DNA of 63,486 bases, the filler included, from Octopus bimaculoides (taxonomy: Eukaryota), in assembly GCF_001194135.2 (NCBI RefSeq). It is 4 parts of 4 records of this genome, joined end to end, with 100 filler letters (N's around TTAATTAATTAA, not from the genome) between each part and the next. Parts side by side here need not be neighbours in the genome. Positions count along the whole stretch, not along the records: positions 22,348 to 49,771 come from NC_068985.1; 3 more parts are not named here. The stretch is one strand, 5' to 3'. Position 1 is the stretch's first letter, and each line of letters opens with the position of its first letter. Shown here in pieces: positions 23,740 to 37,103 of this stretch. The notes under the pieces were generated by a model. The model saw only the letters and a program-made list of their open reading frames with translations. It did not search any database and was not told where the DNA came from. A program made the position numbers and the translations under genes.

Positions 23740-24125
23740 GCATAATAGTCACTGCAAGACAAAAACAGTCGTATATAAGGTCAAAATAACATGAGAGGGC
23801 ACCACTGGGCAGTCAAATGTACAGAAGTATGTAGGTGCCACAGAAGATCTTTTCAAGACCAGATTCAACAACCATAAGTCCATCAATATCCAGGAAAGAT
23901 GCTTATGAAGCCATTAAATAGAAGTGTTACAGATTATAATATCATGTGGAAAATCTTAAAGAAGTGAAGCTTTATTTTAATAGCTGCTGAAAATGCAGGT
24001 TACATTTAACCAAAAAAGGAATCATATTAAAATTCCTCAGCACCTGGACATCTACCTAAACTACAGAAATGAGAGTTTCAGTCCATGCCCACATGAGAGA
24101 AGGTACATATTTTCTTTAATTATAG
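23740..24125 (+). pseudogene. Decayed Naiad-type GIY-YIG endonuclease fragment of a second PLE
   Basis: HCKTKTVVYKVKIT*...KYVGATEDLFKTRFNNHKS ... YNIMWKILK ... C*KCRL ... YLNYRNESFSPCPHERRY. Confidence 0.75.
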
Positions 24126-24631
24126 GCCCCATCATAACTAAATTTCCTAGGTTCTACACCAAAACTCCTCCTACCATCACATCCTGAGAGCCCAGCAAAA
24201 TCTTTAACTGAAACATACACATATGTACTCAAACAAGGACTTAAATTTTTAGACATGTGCCCAAAACCCCAAGTCATCATTCCATCCCCAAAGAATCCCT
24301 GCACTTGCACAAACCTTACACACATACCAACCCCTTAAAACCTTACTGCATATATATTCAGCACCCATGAATCAGATGTGACATTTTTTCCCTCCAATAA
24401 TAGTTAGCAGTCACCATATTTTTTGCATACCTGTCACCTCTGAAGAGCACATGGTGTTACATAACTGCCCTGTTATCTAATACCTGGTTATCTAATACCA
24501 AGTGCAAAACTCAATGATAAGATCAGCTGAAATGAATCTATAGATATAACATTGTATACTTTGATTAATATACCCATTATTTTGACAAATATAGGAGTAC
24601 ATATTTTTTCTGATTTATGGATTCTGAGACA

Positions 24632-24706
<75 letters not shown>

Positions 24707-27351
24707 TGGGAAAGAGTTGGGAGTCAAATTTCTGTAAATAGATTTATAAGCCCTCACCATTTATTGACTATAGAAAATAGTCTAATATCAGGGCATACAA
24801 ACTCCCATAACGGATGCCCATTTTTCCCATTGTGTTATGTATGTATCTATGTATGAATGCATGTAATTCCTTTCAGCGGTATAGCATGGAGAGTGTGGCT
24901 AGTGTCAACCACACAAGGAGGCTACTTATTACAATTGGAATTGTTGAAATCAAAGGTACAATAGGCTTAAAAAGGGGGAAAAACGCCCCTCCACACACAC
25001 ACACGTATATATATGTGCATACACACACCCACATGCATATATATATACACACTCACACATATACATATATACATATATACATAAGTGCAACTTTTAATGG
25101 ATGTGAGCGTGTGTGAAAGCATTTTTAATGACTTGGATTTATCCCTCAAATGTGCAGGTGAATATGTGGATATGAGTGAGCAAATGTCCCCTAAAATAAA
25201 CTTGTATGTGTCAGAGGGGGTTCACTTTGGAAAGAGGAGTGCAAATATATNNNNNNNNNNNNNNNNNNNNNNNNNNNNNNNNNNNNNNNNNNNNNNNNNN
25301 NNNNNNNNNNNNNNNNNNNNNNNNNNNNNNNNNNNNNNNNNNNNNNNNNNNNNNNNNNNNNNNNNNNNNNNNNNNNNNNNNNNNNNNNNNNNNNNNNNNN
25401 NNNNNNNNNNNNNNNNNNNNNNNNNNNNNNNNNNNNNNNNNNNNNNNNNNNNNNNNNNNNNNNNNNNNNNNNNNNNNNNNNNNNNNNNNNNNNNNNNNNN
25501 NNNNNNNNNNNNNNNNNNNNNNNNNNNNNNNNNNNNNNNNNNNNNNNNNNNNNNNNNNNNNNNNNNNNNNNNNNNNNNNNNNNNNNNNNNNNNNNNNNNN
25601 NNNNNNNNNNNNNNNNNNNNNNNNNNNNNNNNNNNNNNNNNNNNNNNNNNNNNNNNNNNNNNNNNNNNNNNNNNNNNNNNNNNNNNNNNNNNNNNNNNNN
25701 NNNNNNNNNNNNNNNNNNNNNNNNNNNNNNNNNNNNNNNNNNNNNNNNNNNNNNNNNNNNNNNNNNNNNNNNNNNNNNNNNNNNNNNNNNNNNNNNNNNN
25801 NNNNNNNNNNNNNNNNNNNNNNNNNNNNNNNNNNNNNNNNNNNNNNNNNNNNNNNNNNNNNNNNNNNNNNNNNNNNNNNNNNNNNNNNNNNNNNNNNNNN
25901 NNNNNNNNNNNNNNNNNNNNNNNNNNNNNNNNNNNNNNNNNNNNNNNNNNNNNNNNNNNNNNNNNNNNNNNNNNNNNNNNNNNNNNNNNNNNNNNNNNNN
26001 NNNNNNNNNNNNNNNNNNNNNNNNNNNNNNNNNNNNNNNNNNNNNNNNNNNNNNNNNNNNNNNNNNNNNNNNNNNNNNNNNNNNNNNNNNNNNNNNNNNN
26101 NNNNNNNNNNNNNNNNNNNNNNNNNNNNNNNNNNNNNNNNNNNNNNNNNNNNNNNNNNNNNNNNNNNNNNNNNNNNNNNNNNNNNNNNNNNNNNNNNNNN
26201 NNNNNNNNNNNNNNNNNNNNNNNNNNNNNNNNNTATATATATATATATATATGTATATGTATATATATATATGTTTGCATGTATTATACATATATATATT
26301 ATATATATATATATACATATATATATATACACACACACATACACACATATATATATACCTTTACAAGTCATTGAACAAAGGAAAGAATAACACTCAATCC
26401 ATTTGGTTAGAGTGACATGAGTGACATGCATTTACATAACAGTTTGACAGTTTGACTTGCCTCCACATAACTTAAAGTTTCATGTACACATAGGGATAAT
26501 CACACTCATCAGATGATCAGATGTATCCTACATGCCCACAAAACTTTAAGTCATGTAAAGCTCTATTAAACTATTATTATATACATAAATAATTTATTTT
26601 GGTCGAGTCAGTCTCTTGCTGCTGTATTTTGCTATGGATGGACAGTCTTCAGGCAAGTTACAACATGTCATCACTTGCCTTAAGATCTTATGCACCCACA
26701 GGTAAAACTCGGACAAGCAAGAAAATAACTCGACCAAAATAAAGATGATAACCACTAAGATGGTATGGAGTACTTTTTTCTCCCAACAGTCAAAACTGAA
26801 TTGATATGTATGTTCATATAAATATATATTTATGCATACATCTATATACATATATACATGCATACATATATGTGTATATATATATATATGTGTGTGTGTG
26901 TGCATGTGTATGTTTACATATATGTATGTATGTATGTATGTATGTATTATGTATGTATGTATGTGTGTATGTATGTATGTATTGGAGTGAACATCAATAT
27001 GATACATTTGGTATATCCTGTTTTCTAGAGAATTCTTTTGTTATAGGATTCCTTCATTCTTACTATGGTGTTACAAATTTCATGCCAACTTACATTTTGA
27101 TGATACCTTATTTGCCCTTTATTAATCTTCATTATATAGCAAGAACATCCATCTTGGTGTCTGGAAATTAAAAAAGAAGTAAAAGAAATCTCAAAAAATT
27201 GGTAAGAAGATTTGCAAACAAAAATCTTGGCAAACAGAGATGACCCAATAAATTTTTTTTAATTTATTACTTTTGAAATTTATGTAAGAAAACATAATTT
27301 CAGTTTCCATCTACCAAATCCACTCACAAGGCTTTGGTCAGACTGAGGCTA

Positions 27352-27475
27352 TATTACTATTATTCAGGTCACTGCCTGGAATCAAACTCGGAATCTTGGG
27401 GTTAGTAGCTTGCACTCTTAACTACGGGCATATGGTGTAGTGGTTAAGAGCGCGGGCTACTGACCCCAATATCCG
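27352..27475. mobile_element. Head-to-head pair of short tRNA-like SINE heads
   Basis: Minus copy 27352-27425 (ttaagagtgcaagctactaacccc...gagtttgattccagg) and plus copy from 27426 (ggcatatggtgtagtggttaagagcgcgggctactgacccc). Confidence 0.65.
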
Positions 27476-27959
27476 TCAAATGTAAATAATGTAAATAATG
27501 TACATAATTCCTCATCTCTTAAATATAGAACTGGCTTATAGATTTAGTCCTCAATAATGATGGGAGTATGTAAATTCTTTGAGCCCAACTAAGTATTTTC
27601 TAATAACGAGAGTACAGACCTGTAGTACACACTCATTGGATTATCGTTTTCATGCAAGATGACTAAATACATGGAGCAGAGAGCATAAACGTATCTCTCA
27701 TCACCAGTGATGTTGGTCTTCATGAAGTCTGGGTCATGGTTTTCGCAGTTTAACATGTCCTAAACGATTTCCATGAGGAGTTGCTTCTGTTACTCTGCCA
27801 GCGCCTTGGGGACAAATTTCACCAGCACTATCATGGAGGCAAAGTGACCAAGTTCCTTTCAAGTGTTGGGCCTCACAGAGGCAATGACCGAGACCTTTGG
27901 CATTATGTCATGCTTGAGAAGAAGGCCCATCAAGTCAAGCAAAATCGTAGTCGCAGCAG

Positions 27960-28159
27960 ATACCGGTGTCACGCAAATGGTACCCATGCTGGTGGCACTT
28001 AAATGCACCTATTACACTTGCGGCATGGTTGGCATTAAGGAAGGGCATCCAACCATAGAAAACCATGCTACATCAGACTGGATCCTGGCACAGTCTTCCT
28101 GCGTGCCAGCCCAGTCAAACCATCCAACCCATGCCTGCTTGGACAATGGACATTAAATG

Positions 28160-28193
<34 letters not shown>

Positions 28194-28215
28194 CCACCAC
28201 CATCATCATCACCAC
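27960..28215 (+). mobile_element. SINE/RTE-tail-like repeat family C
   Basis: tggttggcattaaggaagggcatcc...aaaccatccaacccatgcc, followed by an (ATC)n array. Confidence 0.7.
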
Positions 28216-28898
28216 CATATCCACATACCCAAATACTCCCTTACAATAGAATGAACTGATCCTCTCCTTCCATGACTTTTCACCAGATCTCCATGACTCT
28301 TCTCTGTCAGTTCTTCATTTCAGCTCATGGATGGCTTACCTGAGAATGCCTTGATAATATATATATATATCTGGCAACGGATAAATATGTGCATTTCTTC
28401 TCTCTCTGTGTCTGGGTGCATTTCCATAAATAAAAAAATATTTGGCCAAATCACAATAACTAAACTTAGTTTTCTAGAAGTTTTATCTTTGAACTAAAAT
28501 ATTTACCCATCCCCCAAAATTCCAATATCTTTCAAACAATATCAATTAAGATCTGTTCTTCAAACAAGTACAAAGATAATCCCAAATGATTTAACCTCGC
28601 TCAAATATTTCCAATTAAATGTATCGATTGCAAACAGGAATAGAATTAAGGATTGTCACAACGCATTCATACTTACACACAACAAAACACTAATTTGACA
28701 TTAAAATTCCTGCATTTTAAAATTAGTTTCCAAAGACACTCATCACCCAAAATACAACACAATGTTCTCTTACATAAACTGTAAACAGTTTTTTTTACTA
28801 TTGCATGATCATAAACAGCGCAGGCCTCATTGAATCTCCAAGTAGACTGTCATCTCTGGTATAATAAACATGTTTGTGTGTGTCTGAAGGGGGCATCT

Positions 28899-29304
28899 AC
28901 TCTTTTACTCTTTTACTTGTTTCAGTCATTTATTTGACTGTGGCCATGCTGGAGCACCGCCTTTTAGTCAAGCAAATCGACCCCAGCACTTATTCTTTGT
29001 AAGCCTTGTACTTATTTTATCGGTCTCTTTTGCTGAACCGTTAAGCTACAGGGACGTAAACACACCAAAATCGGTTGTCAAGCGATGTTGGGGGGGAAAA
29101 CACAGACACACATACATACAAATATATATATACATATGTGCGACGGGCTTCTTTCAGTTTCCGTCTACCAAATCCACTCACAAGGCTTTGGTCGGCCCGA
29201 GGCTATAGCAGAACACACTTGCCCAAGTTTCCATGCAATGGGAATGAACCTGGAACCATGCAGTTGGTAAGCAAGCTACTTACCACACAGCTACTCCTGC
29301 ACCT
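28899..29304 (-). mobile_element. Full composite SINE family A
   Basis: Head, short TA/CA array and tail all present. Confidence 0.85.
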
Positions 29305-29317
29305 ATGGTTCATATCA

Positions 29318-29560
29318 TTGTCATCATCATCATTTAACGTCTGTTTTCCATGCCAGCACAGGTTGGATGGTTTGACAGGAGCTGACAAGCTTAAGGGCTG
29401 CCCCAAGCACCGTCTGTTTTCACATGGTTTCTATGGCTGGATGCCCTTCCTAATGTCAACCACTTTACTGAATGTACTGGGAGCTTCTATGCACCACTGG
29501 CATGGGTGCTTTTTACGTGGCACCAGCACCCACGAGCCTGCAAGGGACAAACCTATATGC
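29318..29560 (-). mobile_element. Repeat family C
   Basis: catcatcatttaacgtctgttttccatgccagc...ggctggatgcccttcctaatgtcaaccac. Confidence 0.7.
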
Positions 29561-29670
29561 AAGGACAACCACACTTTTATTCTAATATATATATATTTCA
29601 AAATGTAACCACATGAGAATCATTGGTGATTATTTTTCCTCCGTCTTCCTTATATCTTGAACTTTCCTCT

Positions 29671-29705
29671 GTTTCTGAAGAAGGGCTTTGCTCGAAATGT
29701 TAAAC
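29671..29705 (+). ncRNA. Decayed minimal type I hammerhead in a probable PLE terminal repeat
   Basis: GTTT-CTGAAGA-aGGGctttgCTC-GAA-ATGT-T-AAAC: 4-bp helix I; helix III would be ACGT with one CpG-type change. Confidence 0.45.
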
Positions 29706-30656
29706 CATCTTTCTTTCCTTCCCTGAACATCTGCTAATACTTTACATGTACCAGGTCCTTAGATGGAGTAGATGCTATAATCAGTTTTCCAACTGCCAGA
29801 AACTCCATCTAAGAATATCTGAAGAAGGAATTTTATTCCAAAATATTACCAGACTATGGATGACTAAATTACAACAGGTATATAGCCCATTGCTTGTATA
29901 ATAGTGCATTGTTGTACCATTCAAAACTTTTTATTCTTTATAAGCAATACACAATGCTTCAAGCAAACTACAATACTCTCCTATATATATNNNNNNNNNN
30001 NNNNNNNNNNNNNNNNNNNNNNNNNNNNNNNNNNNNNNNNNNNNNNNNNNNNNNNNNNNNNNNNNNNNNNNNNNNNNNNNNNNNNNNNNNNNNNNNNNNN
30101 NNNNNNNNNNNNNNNNNNNNNNNNNNNNNNNNNNNNNNNNNNNNNNNNNNNNNNNNNNNNNNNNNNNNNNNNNNNNNNNNNNNNNNNNNNNNNNNNNNNN
30201 NNNNNNNNNNNNNNNNNNNNNNNNNNNNNNNNNNNNNNNNNNNNNNNNNNNNNNNNNNNNNNNNNNNNNNNNNNNNNNNNNNNNNNNNNNNNNNNNNNNN
30301 NNNNNNNNNNNNNNNNNNNNNNNNNNNNNNNNNNNNNNNNNNNNNNNNNNNNNATGTGGATTCTTCCTTTAATTGGAGGTTTCCAAAAAAGATTTCTAAT
30401 GTTGATTCTTCATACTTTGCTGGGAGTTTACACATACAGGTGTAAATTTGAGAAGATATGAAAGTAGTGCTTGTATATAATATATGGTAAATTTATGGAA
30501 TGAAGTTCCATAAATCCCATCAAATTCCTTTAAAATGGAGGAAACAAGTTGTTAGAATTTATAAGAAGTTTAATTCTTGCAGACGACCGTTTCGTACAGA
30601 GATATAATAATAGTATAAATGCATGACTGAAGTAAATAAATTAAATATCAACATAT

Positions 30657-31010
30657 AGGTGCAGGAGTGGCTTTGTGGTAAGTAGTTTGCTTACCAACCA
30701 CATGGTTCCGGATTCAGTCCCACTGTGTGGCATCTTGGGCAAGTGTCTTCTACTATAGCCTCAGGCCGACCAAAGCCTTGTGAGTGGATTTGGTAGACGG
30801 AAACTGTAAGAAGCCCATCATATATATGTATATGCATATGTATATATATATGCGTGTGTGTGTGTGTTTGTGTGTCTGTGTTTTTCCCCCCAACATCGCT
30901 TGACAACCGATGGTGGTGTGTTTACATCCCCGTATCTTAGTGGTTCAGCAAAAGAGACCAATAGAATAAGTAGTAGGCTTACAAAGAATAAGTCCTGGGG
31001 TTGATTTGCA
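30657..31010 (+). mobile_element. Composite SINE family A, 3'-truncated
   Basis: aggtgcaggagtggc (A-box-like), ggattcagtcccac (B-box-like), internal TA/TG array, tail. Confidence 0.85.
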
Positions 31011-31329
31011 GGACCCTACTGTCCTGCAGCAAATGGGTGTTTAAGCAAAACACAAATATTATGTACGTGTGATTGATTATATTTACACACACACACACAT
31101 ATATGTCCATTTCATATACACATAGATACATCTTTCACTTTCTCCTCTCTTTCACTTTGAAATAAAAGTAAAGAAATAAAAAATTTTACGGAAATTAACA
31201 AACAAAATCTAGCTGTTTGTTTTGGCATGTCTAAGGGTTCAAGCAAAAGAACGCTGATAGTTTTCCACGAGCTTTTATTTATACGAATTGTTTTCATTTC
31301 ATGTTTATTTCATTCATTGTTTGCAAAGT

Positions 31330-31411
<82 letters not shown>

Positions 31412-31448
31412 GAGTCTTTCTAATATAAACACATAAATATAAACACAT

Positions 31449-31775
31449 AAAGGCGGCAAACTAACAGAATTGTTAGCACACTGTTGAAATGTTTAGTGGT
31501 ATTTTGTCCATCTTCACATTCTGAGTTCAAATTCTGCCGAGATTGACACTGGCAGGATCATTAGCACACTGGGCAAAATGTTTAGCGGTATTTCATCTGC
31601 CGTTACATTCTGAGTTCAAATTCTGCCGAGGTCGACTTTGCCTTTCATCCTTTCAGGGTCGATTAAATAAGTACCAGTTATGCACTGGAGTCGATGTAAT
31701 CAACTTAATCCCTTTGTCTGTCCTTGTTTATCTCCTCTATTTTTATCCCCCTATGGGCAATAAAGAAATAAATAT
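31449..31775 (+). mobile_element. SINE family B with duplicated head
   Basis: ttagcaca...ttctgagttcaaattctgccgag occurs twice before the central domain. Confidence 0.75.
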
Positions 31776-32401
31776 AAACACATAAACAGCAGAAAACCAC
31801 ACGGTGGGCAGTTTTTCTGCTAGCGTTTTCAATTGTTTAAGTGTGTCTCACCATCAATTCCAAAATCATGAAAACACAGACACACTGAAGACATCCAATG
31901 GTCATCAAGAAATCCTATTTTAGTCAATAAAAATAACCTCCTATTTCCTCTTTTGTCATTACAATTGCTTTATAAGTATATTATATTTTCTTTTTGTGAT
32001 GTCCACTTGCTACTGGTGAGTTTAGAGAACCAAGTTACATATTCTCATCCAGTATACTTCCAATCAAACAGTATGGTTATTACTTTACTTAGTGTTATTA
32101 CTAGTTATGATATGCAGAGCAAATGTAGGAAAAAGTAATTGATTTGTGTAAACATAACACAATAAAATGTTCCCCTGATGAACTGTTGTGGTTCAGCATA
32201 TAATTACATTTGGAACACCTACTGCAGAGGATGCAAATAAACACAGTGCATTTTCTGAGGTTTTTTTCTCTCAATTCTTTCTGCGAAAGAGCATAGGCTC
32301 AAAACATCAAAGGCATTTCCATTCTTTCTGAGCATCAAACTGATACACCTGCTTGTTGTTCCTCCATCTGTCTTCATCGTTTGCTTTCTGTAAATTTGAA
32401 C

Positions 32402-32432
<31 letters not shown>

Positions 32433-32433
32433 G

Positions 32434-32585
32434 GTGTTAGGAAGGGCATCCAGCTGTAGAAACTTTGCCAGATCAGATTGGAGCCTGGTGCAGCCTCTGG
32501 CTCAGCAGTCCTAAGTCAAATCATCTAACCTATGCCAGTATGAAAAGTGGATGTAAAACGATGATGATGATGATGATGATAATGA
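32434..32585 (+). mobile_element. Repeat family C 3' part
   Basis: ttaggaagggcatccagctgtagaaac...cagatcagattggagcctggtgcagcc...(GAT)n. Confidence 0.7.
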
Positions 32586-32877
32586 TGTGTGTGTGTGTGT
32601 GTGAGTATAGCTATAAATATGAGTGTGTGTCTGCGTATGTGTATTTATATACTGGATGTCTGCCAATGAGAATCCCAATACAGTGTGAAATCATGTCACA
32701 GCCCATGTTTCACAACCATGTAGCATGGCTGTTCACAGACAGACATCATACAGTCAACTTTTCACTCTGAGTGAGAGGCCCTTTATTACTAACAGAGGTA
32801 GGAGCTCTCTGAACTTTGCCCTGGCCTGTTCTTATGCTAGCAGTTATGCTCTCAGAGCATCCACCCCACTACTGACT

Positions 32878-32967
<90 letters not shown>

Positions 32968-33004
32968 CACATACCGAATATGTGTGTATGTATGTATGGA
33001 TGTA

Positions 33005-33247
33005 TCCTGCCTAGACATCCGTGATGGTTTGATGGTTATTGGCAAGCATCCTCATCATACAAGTGATGTTATTTATGTCCAGTCTTCCATGAAAATCCTG
33101 TCTGGGCAGAGGGAAATATTGCCATGTTTGGAAGCAGGTGAGGATTGGTGACAGGTAAGGCATCCAGCTGAAGAAAATATGCCTCAACAAATTCCATCTG
33201 AGCAAGGCAAGCATGGAAAAGAGGACATTAAGATAATGGTGATGATG
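33005..33247 (+). mobile_element. Repeat family C variant
   Basis: ggtgacaggtaagggcatccagctg...gcatggaaaagaggacattaa...gatgatg. Confidence 0.55.
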
Positions 33248-33940
33248 AATAAGAAAGAAAGAAAGAAAAAAGACAGAAACACAGAAGAAAGAATTAACGA
33301 AAGAAGGTAAGAAGGAAAGAAAAGGAAATGTAAGAAGACAGGTAAACAGACAGACAGATAGTCACCAACAGTTGTCAATTTAATTAAATTTCCAAAATTA
33401 AGAAATAAAATATATAATAGATAAAAAATGATTTTGACATTTTTCTTAGTATACAGGAAATTAGAGTCTTAATTGAATTTCAAACAACAAAAACATTTTA
33501 TAAAATAAATTTTTCTTTTAGTCTACTTTGTATGATAGTGGGAGGGTTTTTTTGTTTTGTTTTGTTGATTTTTCGTGTATTTTTTTCTTTGTTGAAAGAT
33601 GAAAGTTTTGAAGAGTTTTTTGTATTTTGTTGAGGAGTTGGGTGGGGGGGGGGAGCATATTTTGTTGTCAACTAAATTTGAGATTAACTCTTTGGCATTT
33701 ATTTTGGACAAAGTATTCTACTGGCTTTATGTTGAAACCAGCCAGATCTGGCCTCTCACACCTGTCCTACAATGTCAATCTAAAAATAAATAACCACATC
33801 ATGGAAATTTCAAAGCTATGACATAATGCATGAAATGTGTGTGTGTGTGTGTGCATATATACTTGTGTTCATGTATGTGTGTGTATGTGTGTGCATATAT
33901 GCATGTGTTTGTGTGTGTGTGTGCATATATGCATATGTTC

Positions 33941-33973
<33 letters not shown>

Positions 33974-34039
33974 CATATGTTCATGTGTGTGTGTGTGTGT
34001 GTGTACATACATGCATGTGTGCATGTGTGTGTGTGTGTA

Positions 34040-34240
34040 TATGTTTGTTCCACACTCACTGCTTGACAACCGGTATTGGTTTGTTTACATCTCCATAACT
34101 TAGCAGTCCAGCAAAAGAGACCAATAGAATAAATACCAGGCTTTAAAATATTTTTTAAAAAACACTTGATTAGAACTATTTCGCTAAAACTCATCAACGT
34201 GGTGCTCCAGTATAGTCACAGTCTAATAATTATTGAAACA
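34040..34240 (+). mobile_element. SINE family A tail after a TG array
   Basis: gcttgacaaccgg...gcaaaagagaccaatagaataaatacc...tattgaaacaag. Confidence 0.7.
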
Positions 34241-34675
34241 AGAAAAAAAAAAAAAAACAAGCTAAACAATATTAACACTTTGTTTCTTTTTTTTTTCTTC
34301 TTTTTCTCTTTAGTATCATTTTAAGGTGTTTTCTTGTGTAAAATCTAATTCGAAAGAAATAATTCAAAATTTAAATATTTAACCATTTTCAATATTTTCC
34401 AGTCAGCAGGAATCAATTTCATTAGATCTTTCAGCTACAAATTGTTCCTTCACATTGAATTCCCTGTGTCCAAGAGTGGAGGTTGAGGAGTTTTCACAGC
34501 TGTTTCTACATATGTGTATTTATGTCCGTGCATATACAACTGTGTATGTGTGTCTACATGTTTACATGGATACTACTGATGTTAATTGATCTAAATTCAT
34601 GCATACATACATACATACATGCATCACACGTCATATACATACATATATACACATATACATGCATACATATATACA

Positions 34676-35030
34676 TCATCATCATCATCGTTTAACGTCC
34701 GCCTTCCATGCTAGCATGAGTTGGACGATTTGACTGAGGACTGGCGAACCAGATGGCTACACCAGGCTCCAATCTGATCTGGCAGAGTTTCTACAGCTGA
34801 ATACCCTTCCTAATGCCAACCACTCCGAGAGTGTAGTGGGTGCTTTTACACGCCACCGGCACAGGGCCAGTCAGGCGGTACTGGCAACGGTCACGCTCAA
34901 GTGGTGTTTTTTACATGCCACCTGCACAGGAGCCAGTCCAGTGGCACTGGCAACGACCTCACTCGAATGCTTTTTCATGTGCCACCAGCACAAGTGCCAG
35001 TAAGGTGATGCTGGTAAGTAAGGCAATGCT
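34676..35030 (-). mobile_element. Repeat family C
   Basis: atcatcatcgtttaacgtccgccttccatgctagc...cccttcctaatgccaaccactccgagag. Confidence 0.75.
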
Positions 35031-35223
35031 GGTATAATATGGTGAAGAAATATTTTCACATCTACAGTAATTAGAATGGAAGATTTAATTTAAATGATGC
35101 AGACACACACATGCACACACACATATATATATATAAAGAGAGAGAGAGAGATGAACAGACAGAGAGGTTGATAGATATATACAGACAGATAGAGAGTGAA
35201 GGAGACAGACAGACAAATATATA

Positions 35224-36159
35224 CCAGGTTGAGTAAAAAGTAAGCAACGTTTTCAACCATGAAGAATTTGTACCAGATTTTTGCAAAATTTTGAATTTTT
35301 TTAAAGCATTTTTTGCAATTGTCTGATAATACAGACATAGAGTTGCCCAAATGCATCAATAAATTAACATTGATTTTTTTTTTTTTTTTTACCGTTGTTA
35401 CAATAATTTGAGATGGAACTGTCAAAGTGTGATATTCAAGCGATTTTGCTATTCAACTTCAAAAAAGGATGCAAAGCAACTGAAACTGCTCATGGTATCA
35501 ATGAAATGTTTGGTGAGGAAATGACCAGTGATTTGGTGAGGAAATGACCAGTGATTTGGTGAGGAAATGACCAGTGATTTGGTGAGGAAATGACCATCTG
35601 TCATCAATGACAGTTAATTAAAGACCCTCATTGAGAAAGATCCATGTAAAACCACTCAAGAACTGGCAAAAGAACTTCAAGTTAGCCAGAAAACTGCCTG
35701 CAACCATTTGCATGTGATTGGAAAGTCAAAAATCTGCTACTCCTCTGTCCCAGACTAGTCAACAGAAGAGGGCCAATCATTCTTCATGACAATGCTCGAC
35801 CACACGTTCCACTAATGATGCTCCAGAAGTTGAAGGAACTTGGTTACAAAGTTCTTTCCCATCCAGCTTATTTACCAAACCTCTTTCCTACCAACTACCA
35901 CTTTTTCAAGCACCTTGATGGTTTCCTGCGAGAGAAGGAGTTCAAAAATCAAACCGATGCTGAAAGTGTGTTCAAAGAGATCGTCAGCTCCAGAACTCCA
36001 GATTTTTACATTACCGGAATAAACAAACTTGTAAACTCGTTGACAAAAATGTGTTGATTGTAATGGTATTTAATTTGATGAATAAAATTTCTACATTGTT
36101 GAAATATATTGTAATGAATTTCATGTTTCAAAACGTTGCTTATTTTTTACTCAGCCAGA
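35224..36159 (+). mobile_element. Internally deleted mariner (DD34D) transposon with TIRs and TA TSD
   Basis: TIR ccaggttgagtaaaaagtaagcaacg / cgttgcttattttttactcagccaga, TA at 35222-35223 and 36160-36161; transposase pieces LHDNARPH and HPAYLPNLFPTNYHFF (YSPDLAPxDY-like). Confidence 0.9.
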
Positions 36160-37103
36160 TACATTTATATATGAAGATATAAACATAGCTCTATATACAC
36201 ACACACAATTTGATGGTGCAATGAAACAATAAAACCAGAAATACTTTCATTTGAAAAATAATTTTTGGATTCTTTAATTATTCTTTAAAATGAGATTTAT
36301 TTCCATTTAGTATTTTTTAAAATTTTATTTCTATGTTTTGTTTTATGAAAGGCCAAAAATGTTTTAAATAAAAAGTGAAACATAGCATTTGGATGTTGTT
36401 TTCTCAATAATTTTATATATGTATGTGTGTGTGTGCATAAATGTATGTAAGCATATTAAAATGTGTACACGTATACATAAATATATAATTGTTTTTATTT
36501 TTTTAAAGACACAGATTTATTTGCATAAAACAACAATAAACAACAAAAATTACAAATATGTCAACAAGTTGGTCTTTTAATATAGATATATACATATATC
36601 ATATATATATATATATATCCACACACACACTTACACGCCATATATATATATATATATACAAATCATATACATACACATACACACATACATATATATATAC
36701 TATACATATATTTACAAACACACACATGCACACAAGAAATATTTTTGTCTTGTAGTTGATGAAGCAAATTTCTGGCATCATTAATGACAGAAACGGCAGA
36801 ACCAAAACGAAAAAACATTGAACAGATATAACATTTACCCTTGTGTTCAGCCAATTAATCCGTTAATCCATTAATCCTTTAATCCATCTTGAAATCTGTT
36901 CATCACAATTCCAGCTCTTTGATGAAGTTCCCTTTCTGGGTCAGATTCATTCCAAAAAGTAAAATTTGTCCATATATTTATATATTTATATATTTATATA
37001 TATATACACCACAATGACCAATCATCTTTAAGTGAATGAAGGAAATGAAGGAGAGGAGGAGGAAGAAGAAGTTATGAAAGAGCATGCATAGGGGGGGTGC
37101 TCC

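Noticed and set aside
32170-32205. CTGATGA-actg...cag hammerhead-like start
   Set aside because: No GAAA after the stem.
35509-35596. CRISPR-like array
   Set aside because: Contiguous tandem units with no spacers, inside a eukaryotic transposon.
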